Below, in pieces: positions 54,389 to 63,493 of a stretch of DNA of 64,000 nucleotides. The position numbers and the translations under genes were made by a program. Within the stretch, counting starts at the first letter, position 1. The number at the start of each line of letters is the position of its first letter. This stretch comes from Lachnospiraceae bacterium (lineage in GTDB: Bacteria > Bacillota > Clostridia > Lachnospirales > Lachnospiraceae): the NCBI GenBank assembly GCA_017400305.1, contig JAFPTK010000003.1:2724-66723 (forward strand). Direction: 5' to 3'. The notes beneath the pieces are model-generated. The model was not told the origin of the DNA. It did no database searches and saw only the letters and a list, made by a program, of their open reading frames with translations.

Positions 54389-55531
54389 ATGGGAGATTTG
54401 TTTGAGAACAGCAGAAAACTCGGTTTCGGTCTGATGCGTCTGCCGGAGACAGCACAGAGCGGGCCCTTCGGTCACATCGACATGGACACCACCAGAGAGC
54501 TGGTGGATTATTTTCTCGATCAGGGCTTTACCTATTTTGACACCGCCTGGATGTACTGCGGCTTCAAGAGCGAGGATGCCGCAGGGGAAGCTCTGGTCAG
54601 CAGACATCCGCGCGATTCCTTCACCCTGACGACCAAGCTCCACGGCGGTTTCTTTAACAATGAGGAGCAGATGGAGGAGATCTTCCGGACGCAGCTTCAA
54701 AAGACCCGGGTGGACTATTTCGATTACTACCTGCTCCACGATCTGGGCGAGGATCACTATAAGAAGTATTCCCGGCTGGGCTGCTTTGAATGGCTGTCCG
54801 ACAAGAAAAAGGCCGGTCTGGTCCGGCATATGGGCTTCTCCTATCACGACCGGGCGGATCTCTTAGACCGCATCCTCACCGAGCATCCGGAGGTGGAATT
54901 CGTCCAGTTGCAGCTCAATTATCTGGATTGGGACAGCGAAGCGATCCAGTCCAGGAAGTGCTATGAAGTGTGTGTGAAGCACGGGAAGCCGGTCATCGTC
55001 ATGGAACCGGTCAAGGGCGGCACCCTGGCCAATGTCGTGCCGGAAGTAGAAAAACTCTTCAAAGACTATGCACCGGAGATGTCGGTGGCCTCCTGGGCGA
55101 TCCGTTTCGCCGCCAGCCAGCCCAATGTCAAAATGGTCCTCTCCGGTATGGGCAATATGGAGATGATGCGGGACAACACCAGCTACATGAAGGATTTCAC
55201 TCCGCTTAACGAGGAGGAGCTGGGGATCGTCAAAAAGGCCACGGACCTCATCAATGCCAGCATCGCCATCCCCTGCACGGCCTGCTCCTACTGCGTGGAC
55301 GGATGTCCCAAAAACATCCCGATCCCGAAGTATTTCTCCCTCTACAATGCCGAGAAGCAGGAGTACGCCGGCAAGGGCTTCACCCCGCAGGGCGGCTACT
55401 ACTCCCGGCTCACGCAGGTGTACGGCAAGGCCAGCGACTGCATCCGGTGCGGGAAGTGCGAGCAGATCTGCCCGCAGCATCTGCCGATCCGTGAGAACTT
55501 AAAGCTCGTGGCAGCACAGTTCGGATCCTGA
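54389..55531 (+). CDS. Aldo/keto reductase with C-terminal 4Fe-4S domain
   Basis: [24 protein letters not shown]; CTACSYC..CP and [12 protein letters not shown]; ATG 54389 after AAAGGGG. Confidence 0.93.
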   Translation: MGDLFENSRKLGFGLMRLPETAQSGPFGHIDMDTTRELVDYFLDQGFTYFDTAWMYCGFKSEDAAGEALVSRHPRDSFTLTTKLHGGFFNNEEQMEEIFRTQLQKTRVDYFDYYLLHDLGEDHYKKYSRLGCFEWLSDKKKAGLVRHMGFSYHDRADLLDRILTEHPEVEFVQLQLNYLDWDSEAIQSRKCYEVCVKHGKPVIVMEPVKGGTLANVVPEVEKLFKDYAPEMSVASWAIRFAASQPNVKMVLSGMGNMEMMRDNTSYMKDFTPLNEEELGIVKKATDLINASIAIPCTACSYCVDGCPKNIPIPKYFSLYNAEKQEYAGKGFTPQGGYYSRLTQVYGKASDCIRCGKCEQICPQHLPIRENLKLVAAQFGS

Positions 55532-55553
55532 CACGGGATCCGGGCTGCGCCCC

Positions 55554-57317
55554 TTAAGAAGCGCGGAACACGACGCGATTCCTGCCGCCCTCCTTGGCCT
55601 CGTACAGAGCCTGATCCACCCGGTTGGCGGCAGCGTCGGCGCTTTCGTCCGGAAGGACCTTCGTGACCCCGAGGCTCGCCGTCACATGGCCGGGCCCCTC
55701 CAGTTCCAGGCCGGCTACCGCATTGCGGATGGCATCTGCCAGTTCCACCGCCGCAGCATCATCGGCTGCGGGCGTGATCACCATGAATTCCTCTCCGCCC
55801 CAGCGGCCGGCGTCGCCGTCCTCCGGCAGGATCTCATAAGCCGGCTTTAAGACGGAGGACGCCGCGATGAGCACCTCATCCCCCGTATTATGTCCGTACC
55901 GGTCATTGACCTGCTTGAAATGATCCAGATCCATCATGATCAGATAGAGGTCATCCTGTTTCCGGTATTCGATCTTCTCCGAGATCCGTCTCTGGATCTC
56001 CCGGCGGTTGTACAGACCGGTGAGTCCGTCGATCAGTGCCATCTGACTGAGCTGCCCGTTCAACTCCTCGAGCTCCTCCGTCGTCGCCTTGATAAAGGTG
56101 GCCATGCGGTTGATGATGGACACTCTCCCGCGGAACCCCTTGTGAGGCTTGCCGATGGTCTTTCGCTCGACGAGCTTCGGATTCCCCTCACGCATGGCCG
56201 CTATGACCTGCGTGACATTGTGCTGGTTTAAGTATTTCCCGGTCCGCAGGAACTCACCGGAGGTGTAGAAACCGGAGGTGGGAGCCACCGCCTGATAGGC
56301 TAACGTCTCCTTGCCGGCCTCATTGTCTCCCCAGAAGGTCCGTCTGCCGGCGCAGGAAAAGATAAAGATGCACTCCGGCACAAGGGGAAGGAGCCTGCTG
56401 GCCTCATCCTGCGTCGCATCCAGAATGGTCCAGGGATCTCCGTAGGCGATCCTGGCCTCCACTCCGGAATTCATATCGGAGGTCATGACGAGGGAGCCGT
56501 CGGGATTGCAGGTCACCGGGGCCCGCATGATATCGATGTCATGGTAGTGATAGAAGAACGGGAACTCCAGCGTATTTAAGAAGAAATCCTCGTTATTCTC
56601 GATGTGCAGGTATTTGTAGTAGGTCTCGTAGGCAGGCTTGTGATTGAGTTCCTTTAACACGCTGCCCTCGGCGGAGGTCACATGGAGATTGGCGCCCAGC
56701 GGCTTCCAGCCCGTGATGAAGGAGACCTCCAGATGCAGATCCTCACCGCCTAAGAGGACAAACACCACCCCGTGTCCGGAATAGCCGCCCACGTGGGAAA
56801 AGACACAGGTCTCCTGCCCGTTGATATCATCGCAGAGCGCGCCGCCGCCGAAGATCCTGACATCCTCGCGCATCTCGGAGAGACCGTCGCACAGCGTCGT
56901 CATGGACATCCCACGGATCGTCGTGAGCATCTCGACCCCGGCGACCCACTCCCGCTCGGCCACCGCGTGTACCAGGCTCTCGGCAACCTCCTGCTGGTTC
57001 TCCTGATTCAGCGGGTATTGCAGGACCTCAACCCGGGTCGTCGCATACTCAAAAAAGGTGCAGCTGATGGTGACCGGCGCATTGATAAAATCCCCCTGAT
57101 GAATGCTGCCGAACACGGAACAGCCGACAAACATGGCCTCCGGAAGTGCCGACCGGATCCTGCCGCAGATATGATCGATCAGCTCACGATCGTTTTTCGA
57201 CGTGAACACATGGAACAGCATGGTGGAATACAGATGGCTGTCCTGCCATTGCCGGATCCTTCTGAGATCCTCATCCAGCGAGTCCTCATTTCGGAAGATA
57301 AACTGAATCTGTCTCAT
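55554..57317 (-). CDS. FIST-domain diguanylate cyclase
   Basis: GWKPLG, FSCAGRR, GFYTSGE, HNVT (FIST); DGLTGLYNRR, DLDHFKQVNDRYGH, RWGGEEF. Confidence 0.93.
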   Translation of the reverse strand: MRQIQFIFRNEDSLDEDLRRIRQWQDSHLYSTMLFHVFTSKNDRELIDHICGRIRSALPEAMFVGCSVFGSIHQGDFINAPVTISCTFFEYATTRVEVLQYPLNQENQQEVAESLVHAVAEREWVAGVEMLTTIRGMSMTTLCDGLSEMREDVRIFGGGALCDDINGQETCVFSHVGGYSGHGVVFVLLGGEDLHLEVSFITGWKPLGANLHVTSAEGSVLKELNHKPAYETYYKYLHIENNEDFFLNTLEFPFFYHYHDIDIMRAPVTCNPDGSLVMTSDMNSGVEARIAYGDPWTILDATQDEASRLLPLVPECIFIFSCAGRRTFWGDNEAGKETLAYQAVAPTSGFYTSGEFLRTGKYLNQHNVTQVIAAMREGNPKLVERKTIGKPHKGFRGRVSIINRMATFIKATTEELEELNGQLSQMALIDGLTGLYNRREIQRRISEKIEYRKQDDLYLIMMDLDHFKQVNDRYGHNTGDEVLIAASSVLKPAYEILPEDGDAGRWGGEEFMVITPAADDAAAVELADAIRNAVAGLELEGPGHVTASLGVTKVLPDESADAAANRVDQALYEAKEGGRNRVVFRAS

Positions 57318-57454
57318 GAACGTCCCCCTTTCCTGCTCCGATACTTCCCTTCCATCTTATCGCAGGCGCGCTCTCGGTGCAAGCATCTTCAGCAGTTCCG
57401 GCGCGGCGCTCTGTGACGAAATGCTCTCATTGATGCTCACCGTCTTGTCCACCA

Positions 57455-57523
57455 TAGTCAAGTACCTGATACAGTTACGGCAGAGTAAACAAGCCCATTA
57501 CCTTTAGGTGATGGGTGGTTGAC
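57455..57523 (+). mobile_element. Orphan IS200/IS605-family right end (TnpB omegaRNA-like), non-autonomous; 5' limit uncertain
   Basis: CAAGCCCATTACC-TTTA-GGTGATGGGT-GGTTGAC subterminal hairpin and terminus; upstream GTCAA (57457-57461) is complementary to terminal TTGAC; no tnpA or tnpB ORF adjacent. Confidence 0.62.
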
Positions 57524-57572
57524 AATCGATCACTGGGATATAATAGGGATGGCGAACAGATAAGGAGGCTTT

Positions 57573-58703
57573 ATGAGAAATGTATTTGCAGAGATCGGGA
57601 TCCCGCAGAGTGAGATCGATGCCCGGCTGAATGAGGTCGTGCAGGATTTCTTCTATGACGAGGTGGATCGGATCTACCACGAGACCGGAAGTGATCTGGC
57701 CTACCTCACCGACACGGGGAATGACGACGCCCGGACTGAGGGGATGTCCTATGGGATGATGATGTGTGTCCAGCTGGATAAGAAGGGCGAGTTTGACCGG
57801 ATCTGGCGATGGGCCAAGAAATATATGTGGATGGAGGACGGGGAGAACGAGGGCTATTTCGCCTGGTCCTGCCGGACGGACGGGACGAAAAACGCCAACG
57901 GGCCGGCGCCGGACGGGGAGGAATATTTCGCCATGGCGCTCTTTTTCGCCTCCCACCGATGGGGGGACGGCGAGGGGATCCTCTGCTATTCCGCCGAGGC
58001 GCGTGCGATCCTCAGGTCCTGTCTTCACAAGGGTGAGAACGGCCGTCCCGGCGCCCCCATGTGGAACAGAGAAAATGCGCAGATCCTCTTTGTCCCGGGC
58101 TGTCCTTTCACCGATCCCTCCTATCATCTGCCGCATTTCTATGAACTGTTCGCCCGGTGGGCCGACGAGGAGGACCGTCCGTTCTGGGAGAGCGCCGCAG
58201 CGGCGAGCCGCAGGTATCTGGCGGCGGCCTGTCATCCGCTGACCGGGCTCTGTGCGGAGTACGCGGAATTTGACGGCACCCCGATCCTCAAGGAATTTCC
58301 CTGGGGCAGCCACGGTCATTTCTACAGTGACGCTTACCGCACAGCGGCCAACATCGGTCTGGATTCGCTCTGGTTCCATCGCGACGAGGGGCAGCTCTCG
58401 GTTCCGCTCAGGATGATGAAGTTCTTCGGGACGGATCTGGAGGCGGTGCGTTGTGTCTATGAGATCGACGGAACGCCGTTGGAGCAGCCGGTGCTGCACC
58501 CGTACGGGCTCCTCGCCACGATGGCGCAGGGGGCGCTCACGATCCCGTATGACGAATCTCCGGACAGTGACTTTGCCATCGCCCGCAAATGGGTGGCCTG
58601 GTTCTGGAGCAAGCCCCTGCGAAAGGGGGTGCGCCGGTATTACGACAATTGTCTGGCGATCTTTGCCTATCTGGCGCTCTCGGGGAATTACCGGATCTAC
58701 TGA
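57573..58703 (+). CDS. Glycoside hydrolase family 8, reducing-end xylose-releasing exo-oligoxylanase-like
   Basis: DARTEGMSYGM, GYFAWS, GPAPDGEEYFAMAL, TDPSYHLPHFY, YSDAYR, RYYDNCL; no signal peptide. Confidence 0.92.
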   Translation: MRNVFAEIGIPQSEIDARLNEVVQDFFYDEVDRIYHETGSDLAYLTDTGNDDARTEGMSYGMMMCVQLDKKGEFDRIWRWAKKYMWMEDGENEGYFAWSCRTDGTKNANGPAPDGEEYFAMALFFASHRWGDGEGILCYSAEARAILRSCLHKGENGRPGAPMWNRENAQILFVPGCPFTDPSYHLPHFYELFARWADEEDRPFWESAAAASRRYLAAACHPLTGLCAEYAEFDGTPILKEFPWGSHGHFYSDAYRTAANIGLDSLWFHRDEGQLSVPLRMMKFFGTDLEAVRCVYEIDGTPLEQPVLHPYGLLATMAQGALTIPYDESPDSDFAIARKWVAWFWSKPLRKGVRRYYDNCLAIFAYLALSGNYRIY

Positions 58704-58739
58704 GGGCCTGCGGGGATCGCTCTTGAGGATGGAATCATT

Positions 58740-60176
58740 TTGAAAGCAAAAATGCACAGCAAAAGCCCCTTTGATATGCGCGATTTCATCGCACGGATCG
58801 CCGTGATCGCCGTTCCGGTCGCGCTGCAGAATCTCCTGACCACCACCGGATCCATGGTGGACACCATGATGATCGCCTCTCTCGGCCAGATCCAGATCGG
58901 CGCCGTGGGGTTGTGCGCGCAGTTTTCCTCCCTGATGTTCAGCGCCTACTGGGGCTTTGTGGGCGGCGGCATGCTGTTTATCTCGCAGTATTGGGGCGCC
59001 GGAGATGACGACGGCATCAACCGCTCCTACGGTCTTACCCTGAGCTGCATGATGAGCGTGGCGTTCCTCTTCTGCGCCCTGGCGGTCCTTTTCCCGGAGA
59101 CCGTCATGCGCCTGTACACCGACAAAGAATCCATCCGGCAGGTGGGCGTGGAATACCTCCGGATCGCCGGCTTTTCTTATCCGCTCATGGTGTTCTCCAT
59201 GGCGATGGCGGCCCTGCTGCGCTGTACGGAGCGCGTGCGTATCCCGTTGTATGGCTCCATCGCGGCGGTCGCCACCAACATCTTCTTAAACTATGTCCTG
59301 ATCTTCGGTCATTTCGGCGCTCCCGCCATGGGCGTGCGGGGCGCGGCACTCGCCACGGTGATCGCCCAGGCTGTCAGCATCCTGGTGATCATCCTGCTGG
59401 CGAAGCGGGCGGGACATCCCTATCTGCTCGCCGTAAGCCGCCATTTCCGCTGGAATAAGGAGCTTTTGGGCACCTATTTTAAAAAGTGCTACCCCATCAT
59501 CTTAAACGAGGTCCTGATTGGCTTCGGCAACATGACGATGAATATCGTGCTGGGCAGACAGCCGGAGGAAGCGATCGCCGCGCTGGCGGTCTTTCGCACG
59601 CTGGAGGGAATGATCATCGGCTTCTTTGCAGGCTTTTCCAACGCCTCCTCCATCCTGGTGGGAAAGGAGGTCGGGGCAGGTCATCCCGAGGTGGCCTATG
59701 CGCGCGCCTGGCGCCTGGTCTATCTCTGCCAGGGCTTCATCGGTCTGATCGGGCTCCTGCTGATCCTGCTCCACACGCCGATCCTGACCGTCATGGGTAT
59801 GCACGGCGAAAGCTTCCGCATCGCCTTCGGCCTGGTGACGATCTATGTCATCGCGGCCTTCATCCGCATGGGAAACTGGACGCAGAACGACACATTCCGC
59901 GCCGCGGGAGATCCGATCTACGGCACCGTGCTGGAGATCACGTTCATGTGGCTCTTAGTCATCCCTGCGGTCTGGCTGACCGGGATGGTTTGGCATCTTC
60001 CGACGCTGGTGGTCTTTGCCTGCTGCTACTGCGACGAACTGATCCGCTACGTCCTGATGCAGGTGCATCTGTTTAACGGCAGATGGATCCGGCCGGTCAC
60101 CCGCATCGGGCAGGAAGCGCTGGTCCGGTGGAAGGACAGCCGACAGTTTCCGGCATCAAAGCGGACGAAAGCATAA
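58740..60176 (+). CDS. MATE family efflux transporter
   Basis: About 12 TM helices; VDTMMIA, NIFLNYVLIFG.FG.PAMGVRGAALAT. Confidence 0.93.
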   Translation: MKAKMHSKSPFDMRDFIARIAVIAVPVALQNLLTTTGSMVDTMMIASLGQIQIGAVGLCAQFSSLMFSAYWGFVGGGMLFISQYWGAGDDDGINRSYGLTLSCMMSVAFLFCALAVLFPETVMRLYTDKESIRQVGVEYLRIAGFSYPLMVFSMAMAALLRCTERVRIPLYGSIAAVATNIFLNYVLIFGHFGAPAMGVRGAALATVIAQAVSILVIILLAKRAGHPYLLAVSRHFRWNKELLGTYFKKCYPIILNEVLIGFGNMTMNIVLGRQPEEAIAALAVFRTLEGMIIGFFAGFSNASSILVGKEVGAGHPEVAYARAWRLVYLCQGFIGLIGLLLILLHTPILTVMGMHGESFRIAFGLVTIYVIAAFIRMGNWTQNDTFRAAGDPIYGTVLEITFMWLLVIPAVWLTGMVWHLPTLVVFACCYCDELIRYVLMQVHLFNGRWIRPVTRIGQEALVRWKDSRQFPASKRTKA

Positions 60177-60285
60177 GGTCGCGATACCGGAAGATACCGT
60201 CGTCCCGCGCATCGCTCCGTTTGCATCGGATGCCCTGTTTGCGGTAAGATATCAGGTGACAACCCTGCACAAGGAGGGATGACCC

Positions 60286-61767
60286 ATGATGAATCTGGTA
60301 GAAGAAGCGATCGTATACGCGACCATCATGCACCAGGGAAAGGTGCGGAAGCTTAAGAACATTCCCTACATCCTGCACCCGCTGGAGGTGGCCCAGATCC
60401 TGGCGACCATGACGAATGACCAGGAGATCATCGTGGCGGGCATCCTCCATGATATCGTGGAGGACACGGACGGAACGCTGGAAGAGATCCGGAAGCGCTT
60501 CGGAGAGCGGGTGGCCGCCCTGGTGGATTCCGAGACAGAGAACGCCTTTTTGGGGGAGAGCCGGGAGAACAGCTGGCAGAAGCGCAAGGAAACCTCCCTG
60601 CAGAAGCTTAAGGACAGCAGAGATATCGGGGTGAAGATGCTGTGGCTGGCGGACAAGCTGGCCAACATCCGCTCCCTCGCACAGGATTACAGCGAGAGCG
60701 GTGAAAAGATCTGGACCCGCTTTCACCAGAAGGATCCCGCCATGCAGCGCTGGTATTACCGCACCGTGGCAGAGTATGTAGAACTGGACCTCAACAAGAC
60801 GGGGGCCTATAAGGAATTTATCAAGCACATCAATTCCGTCTGGCCCGGAACCTTTAGCTCCGAGAAGGCTAAATACCGCAAGTACCGGGAGGTCTCGGTG
60901 AGCGGCTGCAAGCTCTTAGGCAGCGGTCACAAAGGCGATGTCTACCGGTATGACAATGAGCTGATCCTCAAGGTCTACAATCACAAGAATACTTACGCCG
61001 ATGTGGAGCGCGAGATCATGCTCAGCCGCAAGGCCTTTGTCCTGGGGGTTCCCACCGCGATCTCCTTCGGCATCGTGTCGGTGGGAGACTGTTACGGCGC
61101 TATGTATGAGCTGGTGGATTCCGACAATCTGACTGCCTGCATCGTCAGGAATCCGTCCGGCGTGATGTTCTACGCCGATGTCATGGCGCAGCTGGCGATC
61201 ATCATTCACGGGATCGAAGCCGACCAGGATGACACCTTCCCCGATGTGAAGGATCGCTACCGCCGATATATCGACAGGGGACTCGAACCGGTCGATAAAA
61301 AAACCGCCGAACGATGTCAGCAGCTCCTCAATGCGATCCCCCGAACCCGTCACCTGATCCATGGGGATTTCCATACGAGCAATGCATTCATCCAGGGCGC
61401 AGATGCCCTGATCATCGACATGGACCGGATGTCCGTGGGAGATCCGATCTTTGAACTGGGAGATGTGTACCTGTACTACTATCTTCCGGGCAAACGTGAC
61501 CCGGAGGGCCTGGATCCCTATCTCGGGACTCCCGGCCGGGTCAACTGCCGCTTCTTCGAATACTTCCTCAAGTACTACCTGCAGACCGAGGATGAGGAGC
61601 GCCTGCGCAGAGTGACGGAGCGGGCGGCGCTTCTGGCCGATCTGAGGCTCATTCAGCGATACGAAGAGCAGGAGACGATCTCTCCCGAAACGCAAAAAGA
61701 ACTGGGCGCTCTCTTTGCAGAGACCGCCGAGCTGTCCCAGCGCATCGAAGAGCTGTCGATCGCCTGA
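60286..61767 (+). CDS. HD (RelA/SpoT hydrolase, Mesh1-like) domain fused to an APH-like phosphotransferase
   Basis: PYILHPLEVA, ILHDIVEDT, ADKLANIRS; LGSGHKGDVY, IHGDFHTSN, IIDMD. Confidence 0.85.
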   Translation: MMNLVEEAIVYATIMHQGKVRKLKNIPYILHPLEVAQILATMTNDQEIIVAGILHDIVEDTDGTLEEIRKRFGERVAALVDSETENAFLGESRENSWQKRKETSLQKLKDSRDIGVKMLWLADKLANIRSLAQDYSESGEKIWTRFHQKDPAMQRWYYRTVAEYVELDLNKTGAYKEFIKHINSVWPGTFSSEKAKYRKYREVSVSGCKLLGSGHKGDVYRYDNELILKVYNHKNTYADVEREIMLSRKAFVLGVPTAISFGIVSVGDCYGAMYELVDSDNLTACIVRNPSGVMFYADVMAQLAIIIHGIEADQDDTFPDVKDRYRRYIDRGLEPVDKKTAERCQQLLNAIPRTRHLIHGDFHTSNAFIQGADALIIDMDRMSVGDPIFELGDVYLYYYLPGKRDPEGLDPYLGTPGRVNCRFFEYFLKYYLQTEDEERLRRVTERAALLADLRLIQRYEEQETISPETQKELGALFAETAELSQRIEELSIA

Positions 61768-61776
61768 CGACCGATC

Positions 61777-61974
61777 TTACGCTTCGATCAGGCAACCGCA
61801 GCTGCCTTTTGCGCGAGTGCCGGAAAGGTAGGTAAAGGTTACTGCCTTTGCGTGGCAGAGCGGGCAATCCTGCACGAATGTCCTTGATGATCCGCTATTG
61901 GCAGCCTTCGCTCCGCCCGTCAGCTTCGCGAGTTCCTCATCGGAGATCGGTTCCTTATTCTGTTCCTGTGCCAT
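61777..61974 (-). CDS. 65-aa double-glycine-leader Cys-rich peptide
   Basis: AAGGAGG RBS; leader ISDEELAKLTGG; core with CPLC and CGC. Confidence 0.75.
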   Translation of the reverse strand: MAQEQNKEPISDEELAKLTGGAKAANSGSSRTFVQDCPLCHAKAVTFTYLSGTRAKGSCGCLIEA

Positions 61975-62065
61975 AGTGTTATCCTCCTTTTCTCTTATTC
62001 TATCGGGCTTGCGCGTCTCAGGCAAGCCCTTTTCCGCTTTTGCCTCTCTTCTCACCGATGTCCAT

Positions 62066-62194
62066 GCACCGGCCGGTACGCCGGCAGCCGCATGGCCGCA
62101 ATCCCGACGATCCACGAGGACACATCCCGGATTGATCAGCGATCCGGATGCTCCGAAGGCACCGACCGGTATGCCGGCAACCGCATGGCCGCAA
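62066..62194. repeat. 36-bp imperfect direct repeat duplicating the 3' end of the MFS gene
   Basis: 62066-62101 versus 62159-62194, 3 mismatches. Confidence 0.8.
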
Positions 62195-63362
62195 ACGCGA
62201 TGATCACGCCGACGGCGCAGACGACACTTCCGACCGTCAACGCGGCTCTGACGCCGAGCTGATCGATGATCCTGCCGCTTACGAAGTTGGAAAAGACCCC
62301 GCCGATCGTGATGGAGGTCGTGATGAAGGCCTGTCCCTTCACCTGATCCAGCTCCTCCATCGTGTCGCTGACATAGATCGCCGTCGCTGGTATGAAGACG
62401 GCGTACGCCAGCATCTGGAAGGACTGACTCACATACAGCCAGCCCAGATTCTCCGCGAAGACCAGCAGCGCGGTCTTGATCAGAAAGGCCGTCCCCGAGA
62501 TCAGCAACAGCGTCCTGGCCGATACTTTCCTGATCACGATCCCGATCAGGATCATGGCGGGAAGCTCCAGGATCCCCTGCAGGAAATTGGAAAACCCAAG
62601 CTCCTTCTCCGCTCCGCCCAGCTCTCTGACGATCTGGATCATGAAGTCATTGATCATATTGTGGGCAAAGAAGAAACAGGTGGAACTGATGATGAACAGG
62701 GAAAAGGCCGGGTAGATCCGGATGAACTCGCCGATGTTGTTATGCGCCTTCCTGCCGTCCGCGGCGGGATCGGCTTCCGTCCCGGTCTCCGTCACGACGG
62801 CCGGTTTACGGAAGGATAAGATCACCAGGATCGAAGCGATCATCACCAGGATCGTCACGATGGGCAGGACGGACACCCCTCTCCGCTCCACCACGCCTCC
62901 GATCCAGACGGAGGTAAAGGCAAAGCCGGCCGAGCCGAGGCCTCGGGCCAGTCCGTAGAAGATGTCGCAGCCGACCTTGTTGTATTCAAAGCACAGCGCC
63001 GTCATCACCGGCATATAGGCGAACTGGACCATGTAGATCGAGGCAAAGATGACAAAGATCGCCGGTTTGTTGTCCTGAATAAACAGAAGCAGCACAGCTC
63101 CCAGGAGGATAAAGATGAGGGATGCCAGGATGTAGATCCGGTTGGTCAGGGGATTCGGCTTGTCGATCAGCCCCGCCGCCACCGGCTGTACCAGAGAGGA
63201 CGTGATATTGGCGACCGCCAGCAGGATGCCGACCTCCGTATTGGTAAAGCCATGCGCCAGCAGATACACGGCAGCATAGGCGTGGACCGTGCAAAACGCC
63301 GCGAAATACGTGATATTTAACAGTGCATACTTAAACGTCCAAACGGACCCCTTCCCACGCAC
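62136..63362 (-). CDS. MFS transporter
   Basis: About 12 TM helices; YGLARGLGSAGFA; GTG start after AGAGAGG. Confidence 0.9.
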   Translation of the reverse strand: MRGKGSVWTFKYALLNITYFAAFCTVHAYAAVYLLAHGFTNTEVGILLAVANITSSLVQPVAAGLIDKPNPLTNRIYILASLIFILLGAVLLLFIQDNKPAIFVIFASIYMVQFAYMPVMTALCFEYNKVGCDIFYGLARGLGSAGFAFTSVWIGGVVERRGVSVLPIVTILVMIASILVILSFRKPAVVTETGTEADPAADGRKAHNNIGEFIRIYPAFSLFIISSTCFFFAHNMINDFMIQIVRELGGAEKELGFSNFLQGILELPAMILIGIVIRKVSARTLLLISGTAFLIKTALLVFAENLGWLYVSQSFQMLAYAVFIPATAIYVSDTMEELDQVKGQAFITTSITIGGVFSNFVSGRIIDQLGVRAALTVGSVVCAVGVIIAFAAMRLPAYRSVPSEHPDR

Positions 63363-63415
63363 CTTCTTACCTCTCTCCGGCTTCTGCCCGTCTTACCGGT
63401 CGTAAAGGAGTCCGG

Positions 63416-63493
63416 CTCACTTCACAGCGATCCGCTCGTACGTCCGAGAGCCGGTCTCACTTCATCGTGATCAGCTCGTACGTCCGGGAGCCG
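63416..63493. repeat. About 38-bp imperfect tandem repeat duplicating the 3' end of the DUF362 gene
   Basis: CTCACTTCA...GCTCGTACGTCCG..AGCCG at 63416 and 63456 (40-nt period). Confidence 0.8.

Noticed and set aside
57519-57544. Perfect sigma-70 promoter TTGACA...TATAAT for GH8
   Set aside because: Spacer is only 14 nt; TTGAC is better explained as the IS200/IS605-like terminus, though the -10 may be real
57504-58757. 417-aa minus-strand ORF
   Set aside because: Antisense to the clear GH8 gene
60286-63362. RiPP biosynthetic cluster (peptide + kinase + MFS)
   Set aside because: The kinase gene is convergent with the peptide gene, and no C39 transporter or recognised maturase is present; linkage unsupported
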